A DNA stretch of 64,000 nt from the human T2T-CHM13v2.0 reference genome, Homo sapiens. The notes under the pieces were generated by a model that saw nothing but the letters and a program-made list of their open reading frames with translations, was not told the DNA's origin and searched no databases. Every line of letters begins with the position of its first letter. The stretch's first letter is position 1. This document shows positions 41,501-54,725 of the stretch, piece after piece. Location: the NCBI RefSeq assembly GCF_009914755.1, contig NC_060935.1; one strand, written 5' to 3'. A program made the translations under genes and the position numbers.

Positions 41501-42487
41501 GTTGAACATTCCTATAGATAGAGCAGGTTGTAAACAATCTTTTTGTAGAATCTGCGATTGGAGATTTGGACTGCTTTGAGGCCTACTGTAGTAAAGGAAA
41601 TAACTTCATCTAAAAACCAAACGGAAGCATTCACAGACAATTCTTAGTGATCATTGCATTGAACTAACAGAGCTGAACATTCCTTTAGATGGCGCAGTTT
41701 CCAAACACACTTTCTGTAGAATCTGCAAGTGGATATTTGGACTTCTCTGAGGATTTCGTTGGAAACGGGATAAACTTCCCAGAACTACACGGAAGCATTG
41801 TGAGAAACTTCTTTGTGATGTTTGCATTCAACTCACAGAGTTGAAACTTGCTTTCATAGTTCAGCTTTCAAACACTCTTTTTGTAGAATCTGCAAGTGGA
41901 TATTTGGACCACTTTATGGCCTTCCTTCGAAACGGGTATATCTTCACATCAAACCTAGACATAAGCATTCTCAGAATGTTTCCTGTGAAGACTGCATTCA
42001 ACTCACAGAGATGAACAATCCTGTTGATGGAGCACTTTGGAAACTCTCTTTCTTTGGATTCTGCAAGTTGATATGTGGACCTCTGTGAAGATTTCGTTGG
42101 AAACGGGTTCATCTTCACAGAAAAACTAAACAGAAGCATTCTCAAAAACTACTTTGTGATGTTTGTGTTCCACTTCAAGAATTGAACTTTCCTCTTGACA
42201 GAGCAGTTCTGAAAACCTCTTTTTCTAGAATCTGCAAGTGGACATTTGGAGGGCTTTGAGGCCTGTGGTGGAAAAGGAAAATCTTCACATAAAAACTAGA
42301 TGGAAGCATTCTCAGAAACTACTTTGTGATGATTGCATTCGACTCACAGAGTTGAACATTCCTATAGATAGAGCAGGTTGTAAACAATCTTTTTGTAGAA
42401 TCTGCGATTGGAGATTCGGACTGCTTTGAGGCCTACTGTAGTAAAGGAAATAACTTCATCTAAAAACCAAACGGAAGCATTCACAGA

Positions 42488-43167
42488 CAATTCTTAGTGA
42501 TCATTGCATTGAACTAACAGAGCTGAACATTCCTTTACATGGCGCAGTTTCCAAACACACTTTCTGTAGAATCTGCAAGTGGATATTTGGACCTCTCTGA
42601 GGATTTCGTTGGAAACGGGATAAACTTCCCAGAACTACACGGAAGCATGCTGAGAAACTTCTTTGTGATGTTTGCATTCAACTCACAGAGTTGAACCTTG
42701 CTTTCATAGTTCAGCTTTCAAACACTCTTTTTGTAGAATCTGCAAGTGGATATTTGGACCACTTTGTGGCCTTCCTTCGAAACGGGTATATCTTCACATC
42801 AAACCTAGACAGAAGCATTCTCAGAATGTTTCCTGTGATGACTGCATTCAACTCACAGAGGTGAACAATCCTGCTGATGGAGCAGTTTTGAAACTCTCTT
42901 TCTTTGGATTCTGCAAGTGGATATGTGGACCTCTGTGAAGATTTCGTTGGAAACGGGTTCATCTTCACAGAAAAACTAAACAGAAGCATTCTCAGAAACT
43001 ACTTTGTGATGATTGCATTCGACTCACAGAGTTGAACATTCCTATAGATAGAGCAGGTTGTAAACAATCTTTTTGTAGAATCTGCGATTGGAGATTTGGA
43101 CTGCTTTGAGGCATACTGTAGTAAAGGAAATAACTTCATCTAAAAACCAAACGGAAGCATTCACAGA
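42488..43167 (+). repeat. 680-bp tetramer HOR structural variant (one A-type monomer deleted)
   Basis: The junction aaaaactaaaca-gaagcattctcagaaactactttgtgatg-attgcattcgac at 42983-43011 skips 170 bp. Anchor spacing 42672 to 43352 = 680. Confidence 0.95.
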
Positions 43168-46100
43168 CAATTCTTAGTGATCATTGCATTGAACTAACAG
43201 AGCTGAACATTCCTTTAGATGGCGCAGTTTCCAAACACACTTTCTGTAGAAACTGCAAGTGGATATTTGGACCTCTCTGAGGATTTCGTTGGAAACGGGA
43301 TAAACTTCCCAGAACTACACGGAAGCATTCTGAGAAACTTCTTTGTGATGTTTGCATTCAACTCACAGAGTTGAACCTTGCTTTCATAGTTCAGCTTTCA
43401 AACCCTCTTTTTGTAGAATCTGCAAGTGGATATTTGGACCACTTTGTGGCCTTCCTTCGAAACGGGTATATCTTCACATCAAACCTAGACAGAAGCATTC
43501 TCAGAATGTTTCCTGTGATGACTGCATTCAACTCACAGAGGTGAACAATCCTGCTGATGGAGGAGTTTTGAAACTCTCTTTCTTTGGATTCTGCAAGTGG
43601 ATATGTGGACCTCTGTGAAGATTTCGTTGGAAACGGGTTCATCTTCACAGAAAAACTAAACAGAAGCATTCTCAGAAACTGCTTTGTGATGTTTGTGTTC
43701 CACTTCAGGAATTGAACTTTCCTCTTGACAGAGCAGCTCTGAAACCCTCTTATTCTAGAATCTGCAAGTGGACATTTGGAGGGCTTTGAGGCTTGTGGTG
43801 GAAAAGGAAAATCTTCACATAAAAACTAGATGGAAGCATTCTCAGAAACTACTTTGTGATGATTGCATTCGACTCACAGAGTTGAACATTCCTATAGATA
43901 GAGCAGGTTGTAAACAATCTTTTTCTAGAATCTGCTATTGGAGATTTGGACTGCTTTGAGGCCTACTGTAGTAAAGGAAATAACTTCATCTAAAAACCAA
44001 ACGGAAGCATTCACAGACAATTCTCAGTGATCATTGGATTGAACTAACAGAGCTGAACATTCCTTTAGATGGAGCAGTTTCCAAACAAACTTTCTGTAGA
44101 ATCTGCAAGTGGATATTTGGACTTCTCTGAGAATTTCGTTGGAAAAGGGATAAACTTCCCAGAACTACACGGAAGCATTGTGAGAAACTTCTTTGTGATG
44201 TTTGCATTCAACTCACAGAGTTGAACCTTGCTTTCATAGTTCAGCTTTCAAACACTCTTTTTGTAGAATCTGCAAGTGGATATTTGGACCACTTTGTGGC
44301 CTTCCTTCGAAACGGGTATATCTTCACATCAAACCTAGACAGAAGCATTCTCAGAATGTTTCCTGTGATGACTGCATTCAACTCACAGAGGTGAACAATC
44401 CTGCTGATGGAGCAGTTTTGAAACTCTCTTTCTTTGGATTCTGCATGTGGATATGTTGACCTCTGTGAAGATTTCGTTGGAAACGGGTTCATCTTCACAG
44501 AAAAACTAAACAGGAGCATTCTCAGAAACTGCTTTGTGATGTTTGTGTTCCACTTCAAGAATTGAACTTTCCTCTTGACAGAGCAGCTCTGAAACCCTCT
44601 TTTTCTAGAATCTGCAAGTGGACATTTGGAGGGCTTTGAGGCCTGTGGTGGAAAAGGAAAATCTTCACATAAAAACTAGATGGAAGCATTCTCAGAAACT
44701 ACTTTGTGATGATTGCATTCGACTCACAGAGTTGAACATTCCTATAGATAGAGCAGGTTGTAAACAATCTTTTTGTAGAATCTGCGATTGGAGATTTGGA
44801 CTGCTTTGAGGCCTACTGTAGTAAAGGAAATAACTTCATCTAAAAACCAAACGGAAGCATTCACAGACAATTCTTAGTGATCATTGCATTGAACTAACAG
44901 AGCTGAACATTCCTTTAGATGGCGCAGTTTCCAAACACACTTTCTGTAGAATGTGCAAGTGGATATTTGGAGCTCTCTGAGGATTTCGTTGGAAACGGGA
45001 TAAACTTCCCAGAACTACACGGAAGCATGCTGAGAAACTTCTTTGTGATGTTTGCATTCAACTCACAGAGTTGAACCTTGCTTTCATAGTTCAGCTTTCA
45101 AACACTCTTTTTGTAGAATCTGCAAGTGGATATTTGGACCACTTTGTGGCCTTCCTTCGAAACGGGTATATCTTCACATCAAACCTAGACAGAAGCATTC
45201 TCAGAATGTTTCCTGTGATGACTGCATTCAACTCACAGAGGTGAACAATCCTGCTGATGGAGCAATTTTGAAACTCTCTTTCTTTGGATTCTGCAAGTGG
45301 ATATGTGGACCTCTGTGAAGATTTCGTTGGAAACGGGTTCATCTTCACAGAAAAACTAAACAGAAGCATTCTCAGAAACTGCTTTGTGATGTTTGTGTTC
45401 CACTTCAGGAATTGAACTTTCCTCTTGACAGAGCAGCTCTGAAACCCTCTTATTCTAGAATCTGCAAGTGGACATTGGGAGGGCTTTGAGGCCTGTGGTG
45501 GAAAAGGAAAATCTTCACATAAAAACTAGATGGAAGCATTCTCAGAAACTACTTTGTGATGATTGCATTCGACTCACAGAGTTGAACATTCCTATAGATA
45601 GAGCAGGTTGTAAACAATCTTTTTGTAGAATCTGCGATTGGAGATTTGGACTGCTTTGAGGCCTACTGTAGTAAAGGAAATAACTTCATCTAAAAACCAA
45701 ACGGAAGCATTCACAGACAATTCTTAGTGATCATTGCATTGAACTAACAGAGCTGAACATTCCTTTAGATGGCGCAGTTTCCAAACACACTTTCTGTAGA
45801 ATCTGCAAGTGGATATTTGGACTTCTCTGAGGATTTCGTTGGAAACGGGATAAACTTCCCAGAACTACACGGAAGCATTGTGAGAAACTTCTTTGTGATG
45901 TTTGCATTCAACTCACAGAGTTGAAACTTGCTTTCATAGTTCAGCTTTCAAACACTCTTTTTGTAGAATCTGCAAGTGGATATTTGGACCACTTTATGGC
46001 CTTCCTTCGAAACGGGTATATCTTCACATCAAACCTAGACATAAGCATTCTCAGAATGTTTCCTGTGAAGACTGCATTCAACTCACAGAGATGAACAATC

Positions 46101-46567
46101 CTGTTGATGGAGCACTTTGGAAACTCTCTTTCTTTGGATTCTGCAAGTTGATATGTGGACCTCTGTGAAGATTTCGTTGGAAACGGGTTCATCTTCACAG
46201 AAAAACTAAACAGAAGCATTCTCAAAAACTACTTTGTGATGTTTGTGTTCCACTTCAAGAATTGAACTTTCCTCTTGACAGAGCAGTTCTGAAAACCTCT
46301 TTTTCTAGAATCTGCAAGTGGACATTTGGAGGGCTTTGAGGCCTGTGGTGGAAAAGGAAAATCTTCACATAAAAACTAGATGGAAGCATTCTCAGAAACT
46401 ACTTTGTGATGATTGCATTCGACTCACAGAGTTGAACATTCCTATAGATAGAGCAGGTTGTAAACAATCTTTTTGTAGAATCTGCGATTGGAGATTCGGA
46501 CTGCTTTGAGGCCTACTGTAGTAAAGGAAATAACTTCATCTAAAAACCAAACGGAAGCATTCACAGA

Positions 46568-47247
46568 CAATTCTTAGTGATCATTGCATTGAACTAACAG
46601 AGCTGAACATTCCTTTACATGGCGCAGTTTCCAAACACACTTTCTGTAGAATCTGCAAGTGGATATTTGGACCTCTCTGAGGATTTCGTTGGAAACGGGA
46701 TAAACTTCCCAGAACTACACGGAAGCATGCTGAGAAACTTCTTTGTGATGTTTGCATTCAACTCACAGAGTTGAACCTTGCTTTCATAGTTCAGCTTTCA
46801 AACACTCTTTTTGTAGAATCTGCAAGTGGATATTTGGACCACTTTGTGGCCTTCCTTCGAAACGGGTATATCTTCACATCAAACCTAGACAGAAGCATTC
46901 TCAGAATGTTTCCTGTGATGACTGCATTCAACTCACAGAGGTGAACAATCCTGCTGATGGAGCAGTTTTGAAACTCTCTTTCTTTGGATTCTGCAAGTGG
47001 ATATGTGGACCTCTGTGAAGATTTCGTTGGAAACGGGTTCATCTTCACAGAAAAACTAAACAGAAGCATTCTCAGAAACTACTTTGTGATGATTGCATTC
47101 GACTCACAGAGTTGAACATTCCTATAGATAGAGCAGGTTGTAAACAATCTTTTTGTAGAATCTGCGATTGGAGATTTGGACTGCTTTGAGGCATACTGTA
47201 GTAAAGGAAATAACTTCATCTAAAAACCAAACGGAAGCATTCACAGA
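46568..47247 (+). repeat. 680-bp tetramer HOR variant
   Basis: Same junction at 47063-47091. Confidence 0.95.
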
Positions 47248-50200
47248 CAATTCTTAGTGATCATTGCATTGAACTAACAGAGCTGAACATTCCTTTAGAT
47301 GGCGCAGTTTCCAAACACACTTTCTGTAGAAACTGCAAGTGGATATTTGGACCTCTCTGAGGATTTCGTTGGAAACGGGATAAACTTCCCAGAACTACAC
47401 GGAAGCATTCTGAGAAACTTCTTTGTGATGTTTGCATTCAACTCACAGAGTTGAACCTTGCTTTCATAGTTCAGCTTTCAAACCCTCTTTTTGTAGAATC
47501 TGCAAGTGGATATTTTGACCACTTTGTGGCCTTCCTTCGAAACGGGTATATCTTCACATCAAACCTAGACAGAAGCATTCTCAGAATGTTTCCTGTGATG
47601 ACTGCATTCAACTCACAGAGGTGAACAATCCTGCTGATGGAGGAGTTTTGAAACTCTCTTTCTTTGGATTCTGCAAGTGGATATGTGGACCTCTGTGAAG
47701 ATTTCGTTGGAAACGGGTTCATCTTCACAGAAAAACTAAACAGAAGCATTCTCAGAAACTGCTTTGTGATGTTTGTGTTCCACTTCAGGAATTGAACTTT
47801 CCTCTTGACAGAGCAGCTCTGAAACCCTCTTATTCTAGAATCTGCAAGTGGACATTTGGAGGGCTTTGAGGCTTGTGGTGGAAAAGGAAAATCTTCACAT
47901 AAAAACTAGATGGAAGCATTCTCAGAAACTACTTTGTGATGATTGCATTCGACTCACAGAGTTGAACATTCCTATAGATAGAGCAGGTTGTAAACAATCT
48001 TTTTCTAGAATCTGCTATTGGAGATTTGGACTGCTTTGAGGACTACTGTAGTAAAGGAAATAACTTCATCTAAAAACCAAACGGAAGCATTCACAGACAA
48101 TTCTCAGTGATCATTGGATTGAACTAACAGAGCTGAACATTCCTTTAGATGGAGCAGTTTCCAAACAAACTTTCTGTAGAATCTGCAAGTGGATATTTGG
48201 ACTTCTCTGAGAATTTCGTTGGAAAAGGGATAAACTTCCCAGAACTACACGGAAGCATTGTGAGAAACTTCTTTGTGATGTTTGCATTCAACTCACAGAG
48301 TTGAACCTTGCTTTCATAGTTCAGCTTTCAAACACTCTTTTTGTAGAATCTGCAAGTGGATATTTGGACCACTTTGTGGCCTTCCTTCGAAACGGGTATA
48401 TCTTCACATCAAACCTAGACAGAAGCATTCTCAGAATGTTTCCTGTGATGACTGCATTCAACTCACAGAGGTGAACAATCCTGCTGATGGAGCAGTTTTG
48501 AAACTCTCTTTCTTTGGATTCTGCATGTGGATATGTTGACCTCTGTGAAGATTTCGTTGGAAACGGGTTCATCTTCACAGAAAAACTAAACAGGAGCATT
48601 CTCAGAAACTGCTTTGTGATGTTTGTGTTCCACTTCAAGAATTGAACTTTCCTCTTGACAGAGCAGCTCTGAAACCCTCTTTTTCTAGAATCTGCAAGTG
48701 GACATTTGGACGGATTTGAGGCCTGTGGTGGAAAAGGAAAATCTTCACATAAAAACTAGATGGAAGCATTCTCAGAAACTACTTTGTGATGATTGCATTC
48801 GACTCACAGAGTTGAACATTCCTATAGATAGAGCAGGTTGTAAACAATCCTTTTGTAGAATCTGCGATTGGAGATTTGGACTGCTTTGAGGCCTACTGTA
48901 GTAAAGGAAATAACTTCATCTAAAAACCAAACGGAAGCATTTACAGACAATTCTTAGTGATCATTGGATTGAACTAACAGAGCTGAACATTCCTTTAGAT
49001 GGAGCAGTTTCCAAACCCACTTTCTGTAGAATCTGCAAGTGGATATTTGGACTTCTCTGAGGATTTCGTTGGAAACGGGATAAACTTCCCAGAACTACAG
49101 GGAAGCATTGTGAGAAACTTCTTTGTGATGTTTGCATTCAACTCACAGAGTTGAACCTTGTTTTCATAGTTCAGCTTTCAAACACTCTTTTTGTAGAATC
49201 TGCAAGTGGATATTTGGACCACTTTGTGGCCTTCCTTCGAAACGGGTATATCTTCACATCAAACCTAGACAGAAGCATTCTCAGAATGTTTCCTGTGATG
49301 ACTGCATTCAACTCACAGAGGTGAACAATCCTGTTGATGGAGCACTTTTAAAACTCTCTTTCTTTGGATTCTGCAAGTTGATATGTGGACCTCTGTGAAG
49401 ATTTCGTTGGAAACGGGTTCATCTTCACAGAAAAACTAAACAGAAGCATTCTCAGAAACTACTTTGTGATGTTTGTGTTCCACTTCAAGAATTGAACTTT
49501 CCTCTTGACAGAGCAGCTCTGAAACCCTGTTTTTCTAGAATCTGCAAGTGGACATTTGGAGGGCTTTGAGGCCTGTGGTGGAAAAGGAAAATCTTCACAT
49601 AAAAACTAGATGGAAGCATTCTCAGAAACTACTTTGTGATGATTGCATTCGTCTCACAGAGTTGAACATTCCTATAGATAGAGCAGGTTGTAAACAATCT
49701 TTTTGTAGAATCTGCGATTGGAGATTTGGACTGCTTGGAGGCCTACTGTAGTAAAGTAAATAACTTCATCTAAAAACCAAACGGAAGCATTCACAGACAA
49801 TTCTTAGTGATCATTGCATTGAACTAACAGAGCTGAACATTCCTTTAGATGGCGCAGTTTCCAAACACACTTTCTGTAGAATCTGCAAGTGGATATTTGG
49901 ACCTCTCTGAGGATTTCGTTGGAAACGGGATAAACTTCCCAGAACTACACGGAAGCATTCTGAGAAACTTCTTTGTGATGTTTGCATTCAACTCACAGAG
50001 TTGAACCTTGCTTTCATAGTTCAGGTTTCAAACACTCTTTTTGTAGAATCTGCAAGTGGATATTTGGACCACTTTGTGGCCTTCCTTCGAAACGGGTATA
50101 TCTTCACATCAAACCTAGACAGAAGCATTCTCAGAATGTTTCCTGTGATGACTGCATTCAACTCACAGAGGTGAACAATCCTGCTGATGGAGCAGTTTTG

Positions 50201-53200
50201 AAACTCTCTTTCTTTGGATTCTGCAAGTGGATATGTGGACCTCTGTGAAGATTTCGTTGGAAACGGGTTCATCTTCACAGAAAAACTAAACAGAAACATT
50301 CTCACAAACTGCTTTGTGATGTTTGTGTTCCACTTCAGGAATTGAACTTTCCTCTTCACAGAGCAGCTCTGAAACCCTCTTATTCTAGAATCTGCAAGTG
50401 GACATTTGGAGGGCTTTGAGGCCTGTGGTGGAAAAGGAAAATCTTCACATAAAAACTAGATGGAAGCATTCTCAGAAACTACTTTGTGATGATTGAATTC
50501 GACTCACAGAGTTGAACATTCCTATAGATAGAGCAGGTTGTAAACAATCTTTTTGTAGAATCTGCGATTGGAGATTTGGACTGCTTTGAGGCCTACTGTA
50601 GTAAAGGAAATAACTTCATCTAAAAACCAAACGGAAGCATTCACAGACAATTCTTAGTGATCATTGGATTGAACTAACAGAGCTGAACATTCCTTTAGAC
50701 GGCGCAGTTTCCAAACACACTTTCTGTAGAATCTGCAAGTGGATATTTGGACCTCTCTGAGGATTTCGTTGGAAACGGGATAAACTTCCCAGAACTACAC
50801 GGAAGCATGCTGAGAAACTTCTTTGTGATGTTTGCATTCAACTCACAGAGTTGAACCTTGCTTTCATAGTTCAGCTTTCAAACACTCTTTTTGTAGAATC
50901 TGCAAGTGGATATTTGGACCACTTTGTGGCCTTCCTTCGAAACGGGTATATGTTCACATCAAACCTAGACAGAAGCATTCTCAGAATGTTTCCTGTGATG
51001 ACTGCATTCAACTCACAGAGGTGAACAATCCTGCTGATGGAGCAGTTTTGAAACTCTCTTTCTTTGGATTCTGCAAGTGGATATGTGGACCTCTGTGAAG
51101 ATTTCGTTGGAAACGGGTTCATCTTCACAGAAAAACTAAACAGAAGCATTCTCAGAAACTGCTTTGTGATGTTTGTGTTCCACTTCAGGAATTGAACTTT
51201 CCTCTTGACAGAGCAGCTCTGAAACCCTCTTATTCTAGAATCTGCAAGTGGACATTTGGAGGGCTTTGAGGCCTGTGGTGGAAAAGGAAAATCTTCACAT
51301 AAAAACTAGATGGAAGCATTCTCAGAAACTACTTTGTGATGATTGCATTCGACTCACAGAGTTGAACATTCCTATAGATAGAGCAGGTTGTAAACAATCT
51401 TTTTGTAGAATCTGCGATTGGAGATTTGGACTGCTTTGAGGCCTACTGTAGTAAAGGAAATAACTTCATCTAAAAACCAAACGGAAGCATTTACAGACAT
51501 TCTTAGTGATCATTGGATTGAACTAACAGAGCTGAACATTCCTTTAGATGGAGCAGTTTCCAAACCCACTTTCTGTAGAATCTGCAAGTGGATATTTGGA
51601 CTTCTCTGAGGATTTCGTTGGAAACGGGATAAACTTCCCAGAACTACAGGGAAGCATTGTGAGAAACTTCTTTGTGATGTTTGCATTCAACTCACAGAGT
51701 TGAACCTTGTTTTCATAGTTCAGCTTTCAAACACTCTTTTTGTAGATCTGCAAGTGGATATTTGGACCACTTTGTGGCCTTCCTTCGAAACGGGTATATC
51801 TTCACATCAAACCTAGACAGAAGCATTCTCAGAATGTTTCCTGTGATGACTGCATTCAACTCACAGAGGTGAACAATCCTGTTGATGGAGCACTTTTGAA
51901 ACTCTCTTTCTTTGGATTCTGCAAGTTGATATGTGGACCTCTGTGAAGATTTCGTTGGAAACGGGTTCATCTTCACAGAAAAACTAAACAGAAGCATTCT
52001 CAGAAACTACTTTGTGATGTTTGTGTTCCACTTCAAGAATTGAACTTTCCTCTTGACAGAGCAGCTCTGAAACCCTGTTTTTCTAGAATCTGCAAGTGGA
52101 CATTTGGAGGGCTTTGAGGCCTGTGGTGGAAAAGGAAAATCTTCACATAAAAACTAGATGGAAGCATTCTCAGAAACTACTTTGTGATGATTGCATTCGT
52201 CTCACAGAGTTGAACATTCCTATAGATAGAGCAGGTTGTAAACAATCTTTTTGTAGAATCTGCGATTGGAGATTTGGACTGCTTGGAGGCCTACTGTAGT
52301 AAAGTAAATAACTTCATCTAAAAACCAAACGGAAGCATTCACAGACAATTCTTAGTGATCATTGCATTGAACTAACAGAGCTGAACATTCCTTTAGATGG
52401 CGCAGTTTCCAAACACACTTTCTGTAGAATCTGCAAGTGGATATTTGGACCTCTCTGAGGATTTCGTTGGAAACGGGATAAACTTCCCAGAACTACACGG
52501 AAGCATTCTGAGAAACTTCTTTGTGATGTTTGCATTCAACTCACAGAGTTGAACCTTGCTTTCATAGTTCAGCTTTCAAACACTCTTTTTGTAGAATCTG
52601 CAAGTGGATATTTGGACCACTTTGTGGCCTTCCTTCGAAACGGGTATATCTTCACATCAAACCTAGACAGAAGCATTCTCAGAATGTTTCCTGTGATGAC
52701 TGCATTCAACTCACAGAGGTGAACAATCCTGCTGATGGAGCAGTTTTGAAACTCTCTTTCTTTGGATTCTGCAAGTGGATATGTGGACCTCTGTGAAGAT
52801 TTCGTTGGAAACGGGTTCATCTTCACAGAAAAACTAAACAGAAACATTCTCACAAACTGCTTTGTGATGTTTGTGTTCCACTTCAGGAATTGAACTTTCC
52901 TCTTCACAGAGCAGCTCTGAAACCCTCTTATTCTAGAATCTGCAAGTGGACATTGGGAGGGCTTTGAGGCCTGTGGTGGAAAAGGAAAATCTTCACATAA
53001 AAACTAGATGGAAGCATTCTCAGAAACTACTTTGTGATGATTGAATTCGACTCACAGAGTTGAACATTCCTATAGATAGAGCAGGTTGTAAACAATCTTT
53101 TTGTAGAATCTGCGATTGGAGATTTGGACTGCTTTGAGGCCTACTGTAGTAAAGGAAATAACTTCATCTAAAAACCAAACGGAAGCATTCACAGACAATT

Positions 53201-54045
53201 CTTAGTGATCATTGCATTGAACTAACAGAGCTGAACATTCCTTTAGATGGCGCAGTTTCCAAACACACTTTCTGTAGAATCTGCAAGTGGATATTTGGAC
53301 TTCTCTGAGGATTTCGTTGGAAACGGGATAAACTTCCCAGAACTACACGGAAGCATTGTGAGAAACTTCTTTGTGATGTTTGCATTCAACTCACAGAGTT
53401 GAAACTTGCTTTCATAGTTCAGCTTTCAAACACTCTTTTTGTAGAATCTGCAAGTGGATATTTGGACCACTTTATGGCCTTCCTTCGAAACGGGTATATC
53501 TTCACATCAAACCTAGACATAAGCATTCTCAGAATGTTTCCTGTGAAGACTGCATTCAACTCACAGAGATGAACAATCCTGTTGATGGAGCACTTTGGAA
53601 ACTCTCTTTCTTTGGATTCTGCAAGTTGATATGTGGACCTCTGTGAAGATTTCGTTGGAAACGGGTTCATCTTCACAGAAAAACTAAACAGAAGCATTCT
53701 CAAAAACTACTTTGTGATGTTTGTGTTCCACTTCAAGAATTGAACTTTCCTCTTGACAGAGCAGTTCTGAAAACCTCTTTTTCTAGAATCTGCAAGTGGA
53801 CATTTGGAGGGCTTTGAGGCCTGTGGTGGAAAAGGAAAATCTTCACATAAAAACTAGATGGAAGCATTCTCAGAAACTACTTTGTGATGATTGCATTCGA
53901 CTCACAGAGTTGAACATTCCTATAGATAGAGCAGGTTGTAAACAATCTTTTTGTAGAATCTGCGATTGGAGATTCGGACTGCTTTGAGGCCTACTGTAGT
54001 AAAGGAAATAACTTCATCTAAAAACCAAACGGAAGCATTCACAGA

Positions 54046-54725
54046 CAATTCTTAGTGATCATTGCATTGAACTAACAGAGCTGAACATTCCTTTACATGG
54101 CGCAGTTTCCAAACACACTTTCTGTAGAATCTGCAAGTGGATATTTGGACCTCTCTGAGGATTTCGTTGGAAACGGGATAAACTTCCCAGAACTACACGG
54201 AAGCATGCTGAGAAACTTCTTTGTGATGTTTGCATTCAACTCACAGAGTTGAACCTTGCTTTCATAGTTCAGCTTTCAAACACTCTTTTTGTAGAATCTG
54301 CAAGTGGATATTTGGACCACTTTGTGGCCTTCCTTCGAAACGGGTATATCTTCACATCAAACCTAGACAGAAGCATTCTCAGAATGTTTCCTGTGATGAC
54401 TGCATTCAACTCACAGAGGTGAACAATCCTGCTGATGGAGCAGTTTTGAAACTCTCTTTCTTTGGATTCTGCAAGTGGATATGTGGACCTCTGTGAAGAT
54501 TTCGTTGGAAACGGGTTCATCTTCACAGAAAAACTAAACAGAAGCATTCTCAGAAACTACTTTGTGATGATTGCATTCGACTCACAGAGTTGAACATTCC
54601 TATAGATAGAGCAGGTTGTAAACAATCTTTTTGTAGAATCTGCGATTGGAGATTTGGACTGCTTTGAGGCATACTGTAGTAAAGGAAATAACTTCATCTA
54701 AAAACCAAACGGAAGCATTCACAGA
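54046..54725 (+). repeat. 680-bp tetramer HOR variant
   Basis: Same junction at 54541-54569; spacing 54230 to 54910 = 680. Confidence 0.95.

Larger units (their letters stand above)
41380..48700 (+). repeat. Tandem super-repeat, period 4080 bp (4 pentamers + 1 tetramer = 24 monomers), ~1.8 copies
   Basis: The pairs 41388/45468, 41822/45902, 42672/46752, 43768/47848 and 44202/48282 are offset by 4080 with shared markers (gacattggga, ctttatggc, gcatact, ggcttgtgg). Confidence 0.9.
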
